A stretch of DNA of 39,634 nucleotides from Octopus sinensis (lineage: Eukaryota). Of the stretch, positions 1 to 12,794 are shown piece by piece. The stretch is from NCBI RefSeq assembly GCF_006345805.1, contig NW_021835406.1:1-39634 (forward strand), in the 5' to 3' direction. Position numbers and translations under genes: made by a program. The number at the start of each line of letters is the position of its first letter. The stretch's first letter is position 1. Below the pieces are notes generated by a model, which was not told the DNA's origin, searched no databases, and saw nothing but the letters and a program-made list of their open reading frames with translations.

Positions 1-96
1 TATATAAATCGGAGCTGGAGGGGGTGGTTGAAGCCATGTCGGTAGGGGGAGTTCGTAAGAGTTCTTACGTAGGTCGATTATGTTGCATCCAAACAA

Positions 97-260
97 GTGA
101 TGATAAGAAGTGAAAGTAATATTAGTGCCAATGGTGATGATGGTGATGCAGAGTATGATGATGATGATGCTGGTGCTAGCGGGACTCATAGAGTTGATGC
201 TGGTGGTGCCAGCCGTGGCCGTGGCTGCGGTGGTGGTGGTGGTCATGATGACGGCTGCAG
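97..260. repeat. Degenerate GAT/GGT trinucleotide tract
   Basis: Runs of gat/ggt/gct; explains the overlapping D/G-, M/V- and H-rich ORFs. Confidence 0.85.
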
Positions 261-384
261 TCTTGCAAGTGATTTTCAAATGTCACAGATCGAGAAGCCA
301 TACAACTACAGCAGCTGCGTCGATTTTTCAAAAGCAACACTTCAATTGAAAACGCCATGTGTGTGAAACAATAAGCTGTCTTGT

Positions 385-791
385 CATATGTATATATATA
401 TACGAGTCAATTAAACTCATATAGCTCTAACACACATACACACACATGCACACACTATACAACCATGCGTAAGCGAGTGTATATAAATACATATCAGAAA
501 CGAAGATGGGAATATACACATGCAGGTGTTGTCTTCTGGCAGATGTAATACGCGCACGCACAAACATACATACACACATACTCATATGTATATATATATA
601 TATAAAAAAATCTATATATAAATATATATTTATATATACATATGTGTGTATAAGTGTGAATATAAGTGTGTGTGTAATTACACACAATTATACAGCACAA
701 AGATATAAACACATACATATTTTCACACTTATACACACATATGTAAACTCATAGAGACAAATGGAAATACATCATTATTGTTTTTATGTAT

Positions 792-843
<52 letters not shown>

Positions 844-855
844 CATATACACACC

Positions 856-927
<72 letters not shown>

Positions 928-957
928 TATACATATATATATATATATACATATATA
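385..957. repeat. Compound (TA)n/(CA)n microsatellite block
   Basis: Direct reading; purest (TA)n at ~793-840 and (CA)n at ~859-897. Confidence 0.95.
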
Positions 958-1080
958 TTGGCCTGCTCGCAAGCCAGGGGGTGGCGTCATTTGAAGGCTA
1001 AAACAATGCGAAACGCATTGTGACCAGCGATGTGTAGCAACATCTCATAGCCTGGTCGGTCACGGTGATCACGGTGATAT
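958..1080 (+). mobile_element. Probable 3' tail of a SINE/LINE with several stem-loops
   Basis: GC-rich island inside TA repeats; hairpin ACAATGC/GCATTGT; ends in a tandem CACGGTGAT x2. Resembles an octopus SINE tail from memory only. Confidence 0.45.
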
Positions 1081-1184
1081 ACATATATATACTTGTATAT
1101 ATATGTATATATATGCATATATATATTTATATGTATATGTGTGAGCATATATATATGTCCCTATGTATATGTATATATTTATGT

Positions 1185-1398
1185 TTATGTTTACCAGTTT
1201 CAGCTCTTGAGCTGTGGCCATGCTGGGGCACCGCCATTGTGGTGAAAGAGTACAGCAGGATCACCACCCCCTGCCGGAGCCTCGTAGAGCTTTTAGGTGT
1301 TTCGCTCAATAAACACACCAACCGCCCGGTCTGAGAATCGAAACCGCGATTCCTGCGACGCGAGTCCGCTGCCCTAACCACTAGGCCATTGCGCCTCC
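1185..1398 (-). mobile_element. SINE: family-B head joined to a family-C-type tail
   Basis: 1237-1398 is the reverse complement of the head at 11149; 1191-1235 matches the GGCGGTGC.CCAGCATGGCC tail of the copy at 8398-8445. Confidence 0.75.
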
Positions 1399-1472
1399 AT
1401 ATACGCCTATATATATACATATAGATAGATAGATAGATAGATATAAGTTTATATGGTAAATATATATGTATA

Positions 1473-1503
<31 letters not shown>

Positions 1504-1585
1504 AATATATATATGTATATATAAATATAATATATAGCATATACACACACACAACACACCATACATATATATATACATACATACA

Positions 1586-1620
<35 letters not shown>

Positions 1621-1660
1621 TATATTATATATATATATATATATATATTACATACAATAT

Positions 1661-1987
1661 TGAAGGCGCGTGGCTTTTTGATTCGGGCATTCCACTCACG
1701 TTCGGAAGGCCGTTATTTCAATTCCCGGTGACGCGTTGTGTCCTTGAGCAAGGCACTTTATCTTATGTTGCTCCAGTCTACTCACCTAACAAAAATGAGT
1801 AGTACCTGTATTTCAAAGGGGCCAGCTTTATCACATTCTGTGTCACGCTGAATCTCTCCGAGAACTACGTTAAGAGTACCCAGGTGTCTGTGGAGCGCTC
1901 AGCAACTTGCACGTTGATTTCACGAGTATGCTGTTCCGTTGATCGTATCAGCTGGGACTCTCGTCGTCGTAACCGACGGAGTGCTCC
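1661..1987 (+). mobile_element. tRNA-derived CORE-type SINE (family-E head, family-B tail)
   Basis: Head TGAAGGCGCGTGGCT, CORE-like GTGTCCTTGAGCAAGGCACTTT, then the same 3' half as 11351-11530 ending TCGTCGTAACCGACGGAGTG. Confidence 0.85.
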
Positions 1988-2039
1988 TATACACACACAC
2001 AGACACACACACACACGCGCGCGCGCACACACACACACG

Positions 2040-2121
<82 letters not shown>

Positions 2122-2130
2122 CATATATAA
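1988..2130. repeat. (CA)n then (TA)n microsatellite
   Basis: Direct reading. Confidence 0.95.
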
Positions 2131-2384
2131 ACGTTTTACCTATATATACACAGTTTCCCTCTACCAAGTCCACTGAAAAGGCTTTGGTCGGCCCGGGGCT
2201 CCAGCAGGGTTTCCTTAGATCGTAAGCAGATTTGCACATGATATTTCTGGCTGCAACCTGTATGGCGAGGACCTTTACCCAGAAGTTGATTTCCGTCAGA
2301 CTTTTGACCAAAACTTTTGTATTTTTCGGCCTTGAATGTATGTGCTTCTTAGAGACAATGAACTTCTCTGCGGTTTTTTTCAAT

Positions 2385-2512
2385 CACATCCACTAACAAG
2401 GCATTGGTCGTTCTTAAGTTGTAGGAAGCGACAATTGTTCAAGGTTCCACTCTGTGGGACTGGACCCGTAAAACATTTGGCTGCAAAGCGGTTTTCTTAA
2501 CCACCAAGCCGT
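2385..2512 (-). mobile_element. Degenerate family-C SINE 5' part (a second fragment lies at ~2140-2205)
   Basis: Diverged match to the reverse complement of 8060-8190. Confidence 0.6.
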
Positions 2513-2724
2513 GTAGAAAACGTATGTATTTACATACTTTGTACCAAAGATCTACCGAAATTTACTTTAGCCTTTAACCCGTCGAAACTCGATAAACTAA
2601 TATACAGACCAAAATAGATGTAACTCTCTTTAGTCTGCCGAATAATAAATGGGAGCTTCAGCGTATGTTAGAACTGTATCGTGTCGTCGTCATCATTATC
2701 AATATCATTACTATTAAGGCTGTG

Positions 2725-3085
2725 AAGGCGGCAAGCTGGCAGAATCGTTAGCACGCTTAGTGGTGTTTTGTCTGCCGTAACGTTCTGAGTTCAAATTCCG
2801 CCGAGGTCGACTTTGACAATCATCCTTTCGGGGTCGATAAATTAAGTACCAGTTACGCACTGGGGTCCATGTAATCGACTTACGCCCTCCTCCAATATCA
2901 AGCCTTGTTCATTGATAGAAGAGATTATTTCAATTATTAAGACGGCAAGCTGTCAAAATCGTTAGTGCCCCGGATAAAATGCTTAACGGCGTTTCGTCCG
3001 TCATTAAGATCTGAGTTTCCATTCCACCGACGTCGACTTTGCCTTTCATATCTTCGGGGTCGATGAATTAAGTACCAGCTGAACA
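2725..3085 (+). mobile_element. Two adjacent family-A SINE monomers (2725-~2925 and ~2939-3085)
   Basis: A-box-like TGGCAGAATCGTT, B-box-like GAGTTCAAATTCC, conserved GCCTTTCATCCTTTCGGGGTCGATAAATTAAGTACCAG core (resembles the Meta/MESC SINE domain, from memory). Confidence 0.85.
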
Positions 3086-3359
3086 CTTGTGTCAAGATAA
3101 TCGACACATCACCACTATCACCACCACCACAATCACCGCCTCCATCATGGTCATCATCATCGTCATCATCATGGTCATCATCATCGTCATCACTATTATT
3201 AGCGACATCCAGATCTTTATTCATTCAAAATTTTCGCATTGCTACAACTGCAAACACTTCAGTGTAAACAAATGCAAACAATGAGTCGGCCACTTGAAAG
3301 ATATCTTCGTCGAGTGGGTTTCACTAACGGAGAAAACGAGAGAGGGGAGACAGCCAGGA

Positions 3360-3451
3360 GAAAGAGAGAGAGAGAGAGATAGAGAGACAAGAGGAAGGTG
3401 CAGAAGGCTACACATTTATATATGTATATATATATTATATATATATATATC

Positions 3452-3484
<33 letters not shown>

Positions 3485-3520
3485 GTATATGTATATGTGG
3501 ATTATATATATATATTTATC

Positions 3521-3551
<31 letters not shown>

Positions 3552-3719
3552 TATACATATATATATATGCATATATGTATATATACATTTATATATTTGT
3601 ATATGTGCCTATATATATGTATTTATATATGTATATATATATGTATATATAATGTATGTTATATATGTATAGATATATATATATATATATATATATATAG
3701 ATAGATATATTTATATATT

Positions 3720-3761
<42 letters not shown>

Positions 3762-3790
3762 TATTATATATATACATACATACATACACC
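3360..3790. repeat. (GA)n and long interrupted (TA)n block
   Basis: Direct reading. Confidence 0.95.
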
Positions 3791-3870
3791 CATTAGCACA
3801 TACACAAGCACACATATACTTAACGGAGGAGTGAAAAAGATATACACAGTAAGAGAGAGAGAGAGAAAGT

Positions 3871-3902
<32 letters not shown>

Positions 3903-4185
3903 CTATAAGTGAACAAAGACTAATAAACTAAAAGGTTTTATATTGTTTCACAAATGTTCCTCAATGATTATGGCGATGGCGGAGAACGTAAAGTGCAACT
4001 TTATATCAAGTATATTAAATATTTGGTTGTATTTAATTGACAAAGCTTCTCTGTCGCTTTCTCGTAATTGCTTCACATCTCCTCAAAGTTCTTGTTTGGA
4101 ATCTGCCTGTAGACAGAACGGAAATGACCAAAACCGGAAGTGCATTTAGTCTGCGTGTTTCAGCTTTTAATACCTGAGAACATGT

Positions 4186-4370
4186 AAGGCAACAAGTTGG
4201 CAGAATCGTTTGCACTCCGGACAAAATTCTTAGCGGTATTTCGTCCGACTCTCTCCTTCATCGTTTCGGAGTCGATAATGGTATTTCGTCCGCTTTGCCC
4301 TTCATCGTTTCGGGGTCGATAAATAAGTATCAGTTGAGCACGGGGGTCGATGTAATCGACTAACCCTCCC
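4186..4370 (+). mobile_element. Rearranged family-A SINE (B box deleted, core partly duplicated)
   Basis: GTATTTCGTCCG...TTCATCGTTTCGG.GTCGATAA occurs twice; no GAGTTC B box. Confidence 0.75.
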
Positions 4371-4394
4371 TCGCCTCTGGTGTTTAGTGAGTTG

Positions 4395-4550
4395 CATTCA
4401 TGAGCGTAAGCTCGTCTGGGGTTCAATTCCTGGATCGGGCGGTGCTTTATGTCAGTCAGCAAAACATTTCATTTCGTTGGTCTAATCAACTTAGCTGTAT
4501 ATGAGTTACCCTGCGACCGACTGGGGTGCCATTAAGAGGAGATATTGTGA
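4395..4550 (+). mobile_element. Old CORE-type SINE with a V-like central domain
   Basis: B-box-like GGTTCAATTCC, decayed CORE, and ACTTAGCTG...CCCTGCGACCGACTGG shared with 5018, 12590 and 32850. Confidence 0.5.
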
Positions 4551-5017
4551 TCTACTATAGGTAACCGACCTATCCTATCAGTCCTAGGATTAAAGGCAAA
4601 TATTCACGGTTTATATTAAACAGGAATAAAATCAACTTCCAGTAAACTAAACATACATCTTCTCACATGAATTTTACAGCAGATGCGTTTGAGGGTAATT
4701 TTAACTATGTCGATCTCACCGAACAAGGAAAACTTACGAGGATCACAGGCGCCAAAAAATTTCGCCTCGCGAATCCGATAAGTGAAGAATAAAAGATCTT
4801 TAGTCCTTAACACATAGGTTTTAGAGCCCGTCTCTCGTTTTGTCCCAGCGTCCCAATATATTTTAATTCTAATATGAGTACCAGAATATTTTTTCACTGT
4901 ATCATATGTGGGACAAGAATCATATAGATAGGTTTTTTTTTTTCCATTTACCCACGACTCATTGGTGGGTCATTTAATAAATTGTATTTTGCTAAATATA
5001 TACTTTGTAAAGACTTT

Positions 5018-5185
5018 TGAATAAGTGGTTAGGATGTTGAATTCATGGTCTAAAGATTGTGGTTTCGATTCCTAGACTAGACGACGCGTTGTATTCTTCA
5101 GAAAATCGTTTTATTCCACGTTACTCGAGATCACTCAGCTGGCAAATGTTATCCTGCGGGGGACCGGTGCTTCGTCCAAGGTGAA
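5018..5185 (+). mobile_element. Old CORE-type SINE with a V-like central domain
   Basis: AGTGGTTAG...GGTTTCGATTCC head; CACTCAGCTGG...CCTGCGGGGGACCGG. Confidence 0.55.
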
Positions 5186-5357
5186 TAGATGTGATACGGA
5201 AACTAGGAATCCTGCTCTATTATTCTATATGACACAGGAAGGAATTATATACCTTTTTGCTAACTCTTTTTTTTTTTTTTACTTCATTACATGATGAAAC
5301 AAAACAAAAGTTCATTATAAAATATAAAAGGAATATGCTGTTCTAGTGCACCACAAT

Positions 5358-5909
5358 CCTTTCTACTATAGGCCCAAGCCCTGAAATTTGCAGGGGGTGG
5401 GATAGTCGATTACATCGACCCCAGTGCATATCTGGTACTTAATTTATCGACCTCGAAAGGGTGAAAGGCAAAGTCGAACACGGCAATTTGCCCGGCATTT
5501 TGCCCGGGGTGTAACGATTCTTTTCTAATCTAGGCACAAGGCCCGAAATTTTGGGGGAAGAGGCCAGTCAATTAGATCGACCCCAGTACGCAACTGGTGC
5601 TTAATTTATCGACCTAGAAAAGCAAAGTCGACCTCGGCGGAATTTGAACTTACAACGTAGAGGCAGACGAAATACCCATTTCTTTATTACCCACAAGGAG
5701 CTAAACATAGAGGGGACAAACATGGACAGACATAGGTATTAAGTCGATTACATCGACCCTAGTGTGTAACTGGTACTTAATTTATCGAGCCCAAAAGGAT
5801 GAAAGGCAAAGTCGACCTCGGCGGAATTTGAACTCACAACGTAGCGGCAGACGAAATACCGCTAAGCATTCCAGCCAGCCTGCTAACGACTCTGCCAGCT
5901 CGCCGCCTT
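5358..5909 (-). mobile_element. Family-A SINE dimer (5521-5909) abutting an older deleted monomer (5358-5520)
   Basis: B boxes at 5646 and 5830 (184 bp apart) with the conserved inter-unit linker. Confidence 0.9.
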
Positions 5910-6551
5910 CTAGAGCCCCCATAATTAGGTTCTTAAGCAATCGTATTGTGCCATCTCCAAAAATGCTCGTAGAAAAGAAATATTGAACTGACTCACGGGA
6001 TGTTCGGCTGGGTTTTGCATATACACCTAGAAGACATTCCGGCGATTCGTGTTCGAGTCGAGGTGTTAGATGCTAACCAAAATTCGTTTTTCACCAAGTA
6101 GCCAAAGTCTTTATTTTCCGGGAAACCCATCAGTATTTTATAGGGATATATTTAGAAATATCAGCCAGAAAATTCTAAGATCACACAATGATGTTAGAAA
6201 GACAGGACACACTTGAAAATGGATTCCTAGATATACTGTACCGGAGACAAATACGGGAAAATTTTGGCTCACAGGTCTGTTCGATCAAAGTTGATATGGG
6301 TCTAATTTGAAGAAGAAAATGTATCCACAACCATCAACTAGGGGGCTTCTTTGTGGTTGTCTGGCCTGTTAGAAATAGCAGTTGAATCTTCCTCAAATAA
6401 CACTTTGTCATGAGTGAATAAAAAAGAAGAGTTCCATCGGCTTCGTCATTTATGAGGAAGGATTGTTATGGCTGGACGCATTTGAACGTCGGCCCGCTTA
6501 AACTCGATCCCTACAACAACAACAAACACAACTACAACAACAACAGCGATA

Positions 6552-6582
<31 letters not shown>

Positions 6583-6707
6583 GTCGATTGGCCGCTCTTC
6601 ACTGCTATTCCTCGCATCTAAAAATAATAAAATAAACAGCTTCTACTTAAACAATAAACAATTGCAAAGATAAGATTTAGGTCATTCAGCTTGTATAATA
6701 AATGCAT

Positions 6708-6742
<35 letters not shown>

Positions 6743-7189
6743 TTGTGTGTGTGTATGTATGTGTGTGTATGTATGTATACACATATCTGTGTATAGATGT
6801 ATATATTTAAACTATGTGTGAAATAATGGTGTATTCTGCTCAACTGCACTTAATGACAAGAATATACAAGACAACAATGAATGCATCTGTGTAAGGGTGT
6901 GTTTGTGTGTATATATGTATGTATGTGTGAGTGCGTGCGTGTATGTGTGGCTGGGTGGTTGGTTGGTTGGTTGGGTGGAAAAAGTTGGTATATTTCGGTA
7001 GAAATCTGTGGGTATGTGTGCAGGTGTTTGTTTGCATGTATGCACGTGTCTCTGCGTAAAAGTGTATTTGATGGTGACTATATATATATATATATATATA
7101 TATACATGTGTGACTGTGAATTTGGGGTGGGCCCAAACCTAAGAATTATAAAAATGCTGTTGGTGCAACAAAACTCAGCAAGCAGTCAG

Positions 7190-7590
<401 letters not shown>

Positions 7591-7599
7591 ATGGAATCT

Positions 7600-7892
7600 C
7601 CTGTCGAAGCGGCATATGAGTGTTCCGCGTTTGGGTGAACGACCTGCACAAATGATATATTTGCAGTGGTCAAATGTTTGTGTTGTGCATTAGGTCACTC
7701 CCACCATAAAATCGACATTGCTTGTACAGCTGCACAAGTGTACCACTCATCAGATGTGGAAAAGATTTGCAGAGCAACTTGAAATAAAGTGTTTTGCACA
7801 AGAACAAAACGCATCTCCAGATCCGAGAATCGAACCCACGATCTCGCAAACCTGAATGCAATACCCTAACAACTAGCTCACACGCCTTCACA
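7600..7892 (-). mobile_element. Old CORE-type SINE (family-E-like head, distinct body)
   Basis: Reverse complement starts GTGAAGGCGTGTG, has GGTTCGATTCTC and a CORE-like block; body GCTCTGCAA...ATGTCGATTT is shared with 30084-30270. Confidence 0.6.
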
Positions 7893-8059
7893 CACACACA
7901 CTTCAAGAAAATCTAACAGGTTTTAGTTGAACATACCAATGTGATCATAGTTGTAGGATTCTGTTGAAGAAGGATCTATTTCGTTTTGGCTAGGTCGTTA
8001 CCCGGCAGCGTAACGACGGATACGACTATATTTCAATAAATTAAACATCAATTAAACAT

Positions 8060-8465
8060 GAGTGACTGTGTGGTAAGTAGCTTGTTTACCAACCACATGG
8101 TTCCGGGTTCAGTCCCACTGCGTGGCATCTTGGGCAAGTGCCTTCTACTATAGCCTCGGGCCGACCAAAGCCTTGTGAGTGGATTTGGTAGACGGAAACT
8201 GAAAGAAGCCCGTCGTATATATGTATATATATGCGTGTGTGTGTTTGTGTGTCTGTGTTTGTCCCCCTAGCATTGCTTGACAACCGATGCTGGTGTGTTT
8301 ATGTCCCCGTTACTTAGCGGTTCGGCAAAAGAGACCGATAGAATAAGTACTGGGCTTACAAAAGAATAAGTCCCGGGGTCGAGTTGCTCGACTAAAGGCG
8401 GTGCTCCAGCATGGCCGCAGTCAAATGACTGAAACAAGTAAAAGAGAAAAAGAGTAAAAGAGAGA
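8060..8465 (+). mobile_element. Near full-length young family-C CORE-SINE
   Basis: tRNA-like head, TCTTGGGCAAGTG CORE motif, internal (TA)/(TG) tract, 3' (TAAAAGAG)-like tandem tail; very high identity to 30524-30919. Confidence 0.9.
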
Positions 8466-8623
8466 AATTCTCATTGGATTATTTAGTCTTATATAAATAA
8501 TACCATGAAAAAGGAGCGAATGATCATGCTTAGAAACGGCACTGACCTGGGGCTAAATAGCAACAATAGGATATGAGTGGAAGTTTCTTTTTCCTTTCTT
8601 CCATTATTTATTTCTACTTTTCT

Positions 8624-8813
8624 AAGGCGGTAAGCTGGCAGAGTCGTTAGCGTGTTAGACATAATGCGTCGCTACGTTCTGAGTTCAAATCCCACCGCTC
8701 TCAACTTTGCCTTTCGTTCTTTCGGAGTCGATAAATTAAGTACCAATGAAATACTGGAGTCGATGTAATCGACTTTTCACCTCCCTCAAAATTTCAGGCC
8801 TTGTGCCTACAGG
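8624..8813 (+). mobile_element. Family-A SINE monomer with a 22-bp target-site duplication
   Basis: ATTATTTA(T/C)TTCTACTTTTCTA at 8603-8624 and 8814-8835 (21/22 identical). Confidence 0.85.
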
Positions 8814-9484
8814 ATTATTTACTTCTACTTTTCTATGTCCTTTTTCGTCTGAGAAACATTATCTATGTCATGACCATGCCCTGCACAAAAAAGAAAAATA
8901 CAACCCCGAGGAAGCATTATTTGTTGACAATCCGACAGAAAAAAGATTTAATGGGGTAGTCACTTGAGCTTTCTAAGAATTGTTAAAATTTATTCCGTGA
9001 TTCCTATGGCTGAGAATCAGAAAGCATCTTAAAATATACAAGGCTTCTTCCATAGTAAGTAGAATAAAAATCTTCAAAATATGTGTATCTTTCGATGTAA
9101 CAGACTTTCTCGTTTTCATGCCATCTATAAACATCTGTTAAACAAACATACATACATACTTACCTACCTACATACATACATACATACACGTACATATGGT
9201 GTATTTAAGAAAAGAACATTGTCAGTTCATGTTACTGGTAGTTTCAAAATTACACAAAGGCATGTTAAGTTCCTTCTGTATTTATTTTCAATAGATTTAC
9301 TTGACTTGTACACTTGACTCGCTCAAGATATGGACTGCTTTCGGCGCACAAACAGACTCAAGAACCCATGCGATATACACGCGTGCGCGTGCATAGTCAC
9401 AGACACACGCAATCACACACACACACACTCACACAGATGTACGCACACACTCATGCATACACAAACACATACGTATTTCTTTAT

Positions 9485-10054
9485 AACACAGCGGGGACAA
9501 ACAAGGATAGACAAAGAGATTAAGTCGATTACATCGATCCAATACGTAACTGGTACTTACTTAATCGACCCCGAAAGGATGAAAGGCAAAGTCGACCTCG
9601 TCGGAATGTGAAGTCACAATGTAACGGCAGACGAAATACCTATTTCTTTACTACCCACAAGGGGCTAAACACAAAGAGGACAAACTAGAACAGACAAACG
9701 GATTAAGTCAATTATATCGACCCCAGTGCGTAACTGGTACTTATTTAATCGACCCCGAAAGGATGGAAGGCAAAGTCGACCTCGGCGGAATTTGAACTCA
9801 GAACGTAGTGGCAGACGAAATACCTATTACTTTACTACCCACAAGGGGATAAACACAGAGGGGCCAAACAAGGACAGACAAAAGGATTAAGTCGATTATA
9901 TCGACCCCATGCGTAACTGGTACTTAATTTATCGACCCTGAAAGGATGAAAGGCAAAGTCGACCTCGGCGGAATTTGAACTCAGAACGTAACGGCAGACG
10001 AAATACCGCTAAGCATTTCGCCCGGTGTGCTAACAGTTCTGCCAGCTTGCCGCC
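9485..10054 (-). mobile_element. Family-A SINE trimer ending in a partial linker
   Basis: GACGAAATACC at 9630, 9814 and 9997 (periods 184 and 183 bp). Confidence 0.9.
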
Positions 10055-10665
10055 ATACACAAACGCATATAAACACGCATACCTCTGCAGGGAAGGACAA
10101 AGGGAGTGACCGATAGATAGAGAAACAGAGAGAAAGAGTGAGAAAGACCACACACACACACACACAATATATATAATACACACACAAATGAATGAAAAAT
10201 ACGCAATTATAACAACGCTGGTAGGAAATGTTCGCGTCTACAATGAATCTACAGTTGAAGGCTTTTATTATTTTATATTATTGTAATGAAAGTCGTTTTC
10301 TTGTTAATTCAAACCCATCATGTCTAATTATAATGGGATATCTCATGACAAAAATACTTTACTCAAGTCTCAACAGAATCATCGTCAATGAGTTATTCTT
10401 TCGAGAATTGAGGAAAGAAAGCCGGAAAAGAAAAATTGAACATTTTCATGTTAATGACTCGTTTTATTGTACTCTCTACTCCAAGAACATACGATGACTA
10501 AAGCGGGGACAAAGGCTTTGATGCCTCATTAATTTTAGCTTTTTATTTTGAGAATAATATCGCTTGATTCCCAAATCATTTTTGCATCCTAATTTCGACG
10601 AAAAATTTGTCGTTTTAGCTGATACATTCAATAGCTATGGCGTTTGTATTATTTGTACCGATTTG

Positions 10666-11101
10666 AGAGACGGCGAGTTGGCAGAAACGTTAGCACGCCG
10701 GGCGAAATGCTTAGCAATATTTCGTCTGTCTTTGTCTTCTGAGTTCGAATTCCGCTGAGGTTGACTTTGCCATTCATCCTTTTAGGATCGATAATTTAAG
10801 TACCAGTTACGCACTGGGGTCGGTGTGATCGACTTAATCCGTTTGCCTGCCTTTGTTTGTCCTTTCTATGTTTAGCCCCTTGTAGGCAATAAAGAAATAA
10901 GACACTTTAGCACGCCGGACGAAATGCTTAGCAGTATTTCGTCTGTCTTTATGTTCTGAGTTCGAATTCCACCGCGGTCGACTTTGCCTTTCATCCTTTC
11001 GGGGTCGATAAATTAAGTCGCAGTTGCGTACTGGGGTCGACCTAATCGACATCCCCGTCTTCCCTAAAATTTTGGGATTTGTGCCTAGATTAGAAAGGAT
11101 C
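10666..11101 (+). mobile_element. Family-A SINE dimer with a 15-bp TSD
   Basis: B boxes at 10741 and 10958 (217 bp); ATTTGTACCGA(T/A)TTG at 10651-10665 and 11102-11116. Confidence 0.9.
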
Positions 11102-11148
11102 ATTTGTACCGAATTGGCCTGCTTTCAGTCAAATGCTATTATCTTATT

Positions 11149-11538
11149 GGGGAGGCGCAATGGCCCAGTGGTTAGGGCAGTGGACTCGCGGTCATAGGAT
11201 TGCGGTTTCGATTCCCAGACCGGGCGTTGTGAGTGTTTATTGAGCGAAAACACCTAAAAAGCTCCACGAGGCTCCGGCAGGGGATGGTGGTGATCCCTGC
11301 TGTACTCTTTCACCACAACTTTCTCTCATTCTTACTTCCTGTTTCTGTTGTACCTGTATTTCAAAGGGCCGGCCTTGTCACTCTCTGTGTCACGCTGAAT
11401 ATCCCCGAGAACTACGTTAAGGGTACACGTGTCTGTGGAGTGCTCAGCCACTTACATGTTAATTTCACGAGCAGGCTGTTCCGTTGATTCGGATCAACCA
11501 GAACCCTCGTCGTTGTAACCGACGGAGTGCTTCCATCC
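11149..11538 (+). mobile_element. Full-length family-B tRNA-derived SINE with an 11-bp TSD
   Basis: A box TGGCCCAGTGG, B box GGTTTCGATTCC; perfect ATTATCTTATT at 11138-11148 and 11539-11549. Confidence 0.92.
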
Positions 11539-11564
11539 ATTATCTTATTACTATTTTCTATTTT

Positions 11565-12230
11565 TCCTTTTTGCAGGTGTTAAACTGCGGCCATGCTGGG
11601 TCACCGCCTTGTAGGATTTAGTTGAAGAAATTGAACCCGTTGGTTAAGCTTTTGTTTGTTTTTGAAGTTTTGTACTTTTTTTGCAGTAGCTCTTTTGCCA
11701 ATACACTAAGTCATGGAGACGAAAACAAACGAACACCAGTTGTCAAACGGTGGGGTGAGGAGACCAACTGAACATTAAACTCGCGCAAACACACACACGC
11801 ACGCAAAAACACACAACAATTTCCATTCATTGACTTATATTCATTTGATTGCGGTCATACTGGATCACCGCCTTAAACGTATTCTGTCGAAGAAATGAAC
11901 CCCCAGGACTTGTTCTTTTTAAGCCTAGTACCTACTTATTCTATTGGTCTCCTTTGGCGAACCAGGACTTAAACATACCAACAACGACTGTCAAGCGGTG
12001 ATAGGGGGCTGGGTGACAAACACAGGCAAAAAGACACACATACATAGATATATGTATATATGTATATATACGACGGGCTTCTTTCAGTTTCCGTCTACCA
12101 AATCAACTCGCAAGGATTTCTTCGGCTCGAGGCTATGGTAAAAGACATTCGCCCAAGGCGCCACGCAGTAGGATTTAACCTGGAACCTTGTAGTTAAGAA
12201 GCAAGCTTCTTACCGTACTCCGACGTCTGG
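11565..12230 (-). mobile_element. Two diverged family-C SINEs (3' fragment ~11565-11800; near-complete ~11835-12230)
   Basis: Reverse-complement matches to the tail, body and head of 8060-8465. Confidence 0.75.
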
Positions 12231-12589
12231 CCCTTTACAAAAACCAAGGTCCTGGATCTAGCCTGGATATTAAACAGTTTGAGAACCACTGCTTTAAACT
12301 GTCGAATAAGAGAACTTAACTTCCGTCGCTCGACCTGCAGATAAGGGATTCTAATTTAAGTGGAAAACCAGCAATTTTGAAGGTTGAGGGCTTGTCGATT
12401 GTATGGAATCTAGTTTTTAAAGGATACTTTATTTATCGACCATGTAGGAATCAATGCAATACTGAAAACGGTGGCATTTGAACTCAGAAGATAATGAGTC
12501 AAAAGCAGCTGGTATGATGTGATTTGAGGGAGATTTACGTATAAGACTTATTGGTTCCTTCCCCAAGTCATTGTATACTTGTTTTGTAG

Positions 12590-12750
12590 CGTAGTAATTA
12601 CAATGTGATTGCGGTTTCGATTCTTGAATCAGGCGGTACATTGTGTTCTTGAGCAAACCATTTTAGCACATGTCAATCCACTGAGCTCTAAGTAAGTCAA
12701 CCTGTGGCGGAGTGACTCCCCCTTTCAGAGGGGGAATGTTGTGATCTTCT
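12590..12750 (+). mobile_element. Old CORE-type SINE with a V-like central domain
   Basis: GCGGTTTCGATTC, TGTGTTCTTGAGCAAA, CCACTGAGCT...AATGTTGTGATCT shared with 32850-33058. Confidence 0.5.
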
Positions 12751-12794
12751 TACTTATACTTCATGGAAATGGGTTAATGAATTCTAGGACTCGA

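Noticed and set aside
958-1010. HDV-like ribozyme (GCCUGCUCGC and GGCUAA resemble HDV L3 and J4/2)
   Set aside because: No P1 5' strand, P1.1 cannot be formed, and P3/L3 sizes do not fit.
2219-2335. Short plus frame IVSRFAHDISGCNLYGEDLYPEVDFRQTFDQNFCIFRP* after an AG
   Set aside because: Embedded between SINE fragments; no family recognised.
4646-4792. Short plus frame MNFTADAFEGNFNYVDLTEQGKLTRITGAKKFRLANPISEE*
   Set aside because: Under 50 codons, no recognisable family and no linked exon; worth a BLAST but not supportable.
7994-8017. Perfect 8-bp hairpin GTCGTTAC/GTAACGAC as a possible hammerhead stem II
   Set aside because: Flanks lack CUGANGA and GAAA, and the spacing does not fit.
9485-10054. 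CRISPR-like or ribozyme-satellite reading of the 184-bp tandem units
   Set aside because: The linkers are conserved rather than unique spacers, the context is eukaryotic, and neither strand of the unit has a hammerhead core.
11149-11226. tRNA gene calls for SINE heads (here and at 8060, 26200 and 39506)
   Set aside because: A and B boxes are present, but there is no closed cloverleaf or acceptor stem and each continues into a SINE body.
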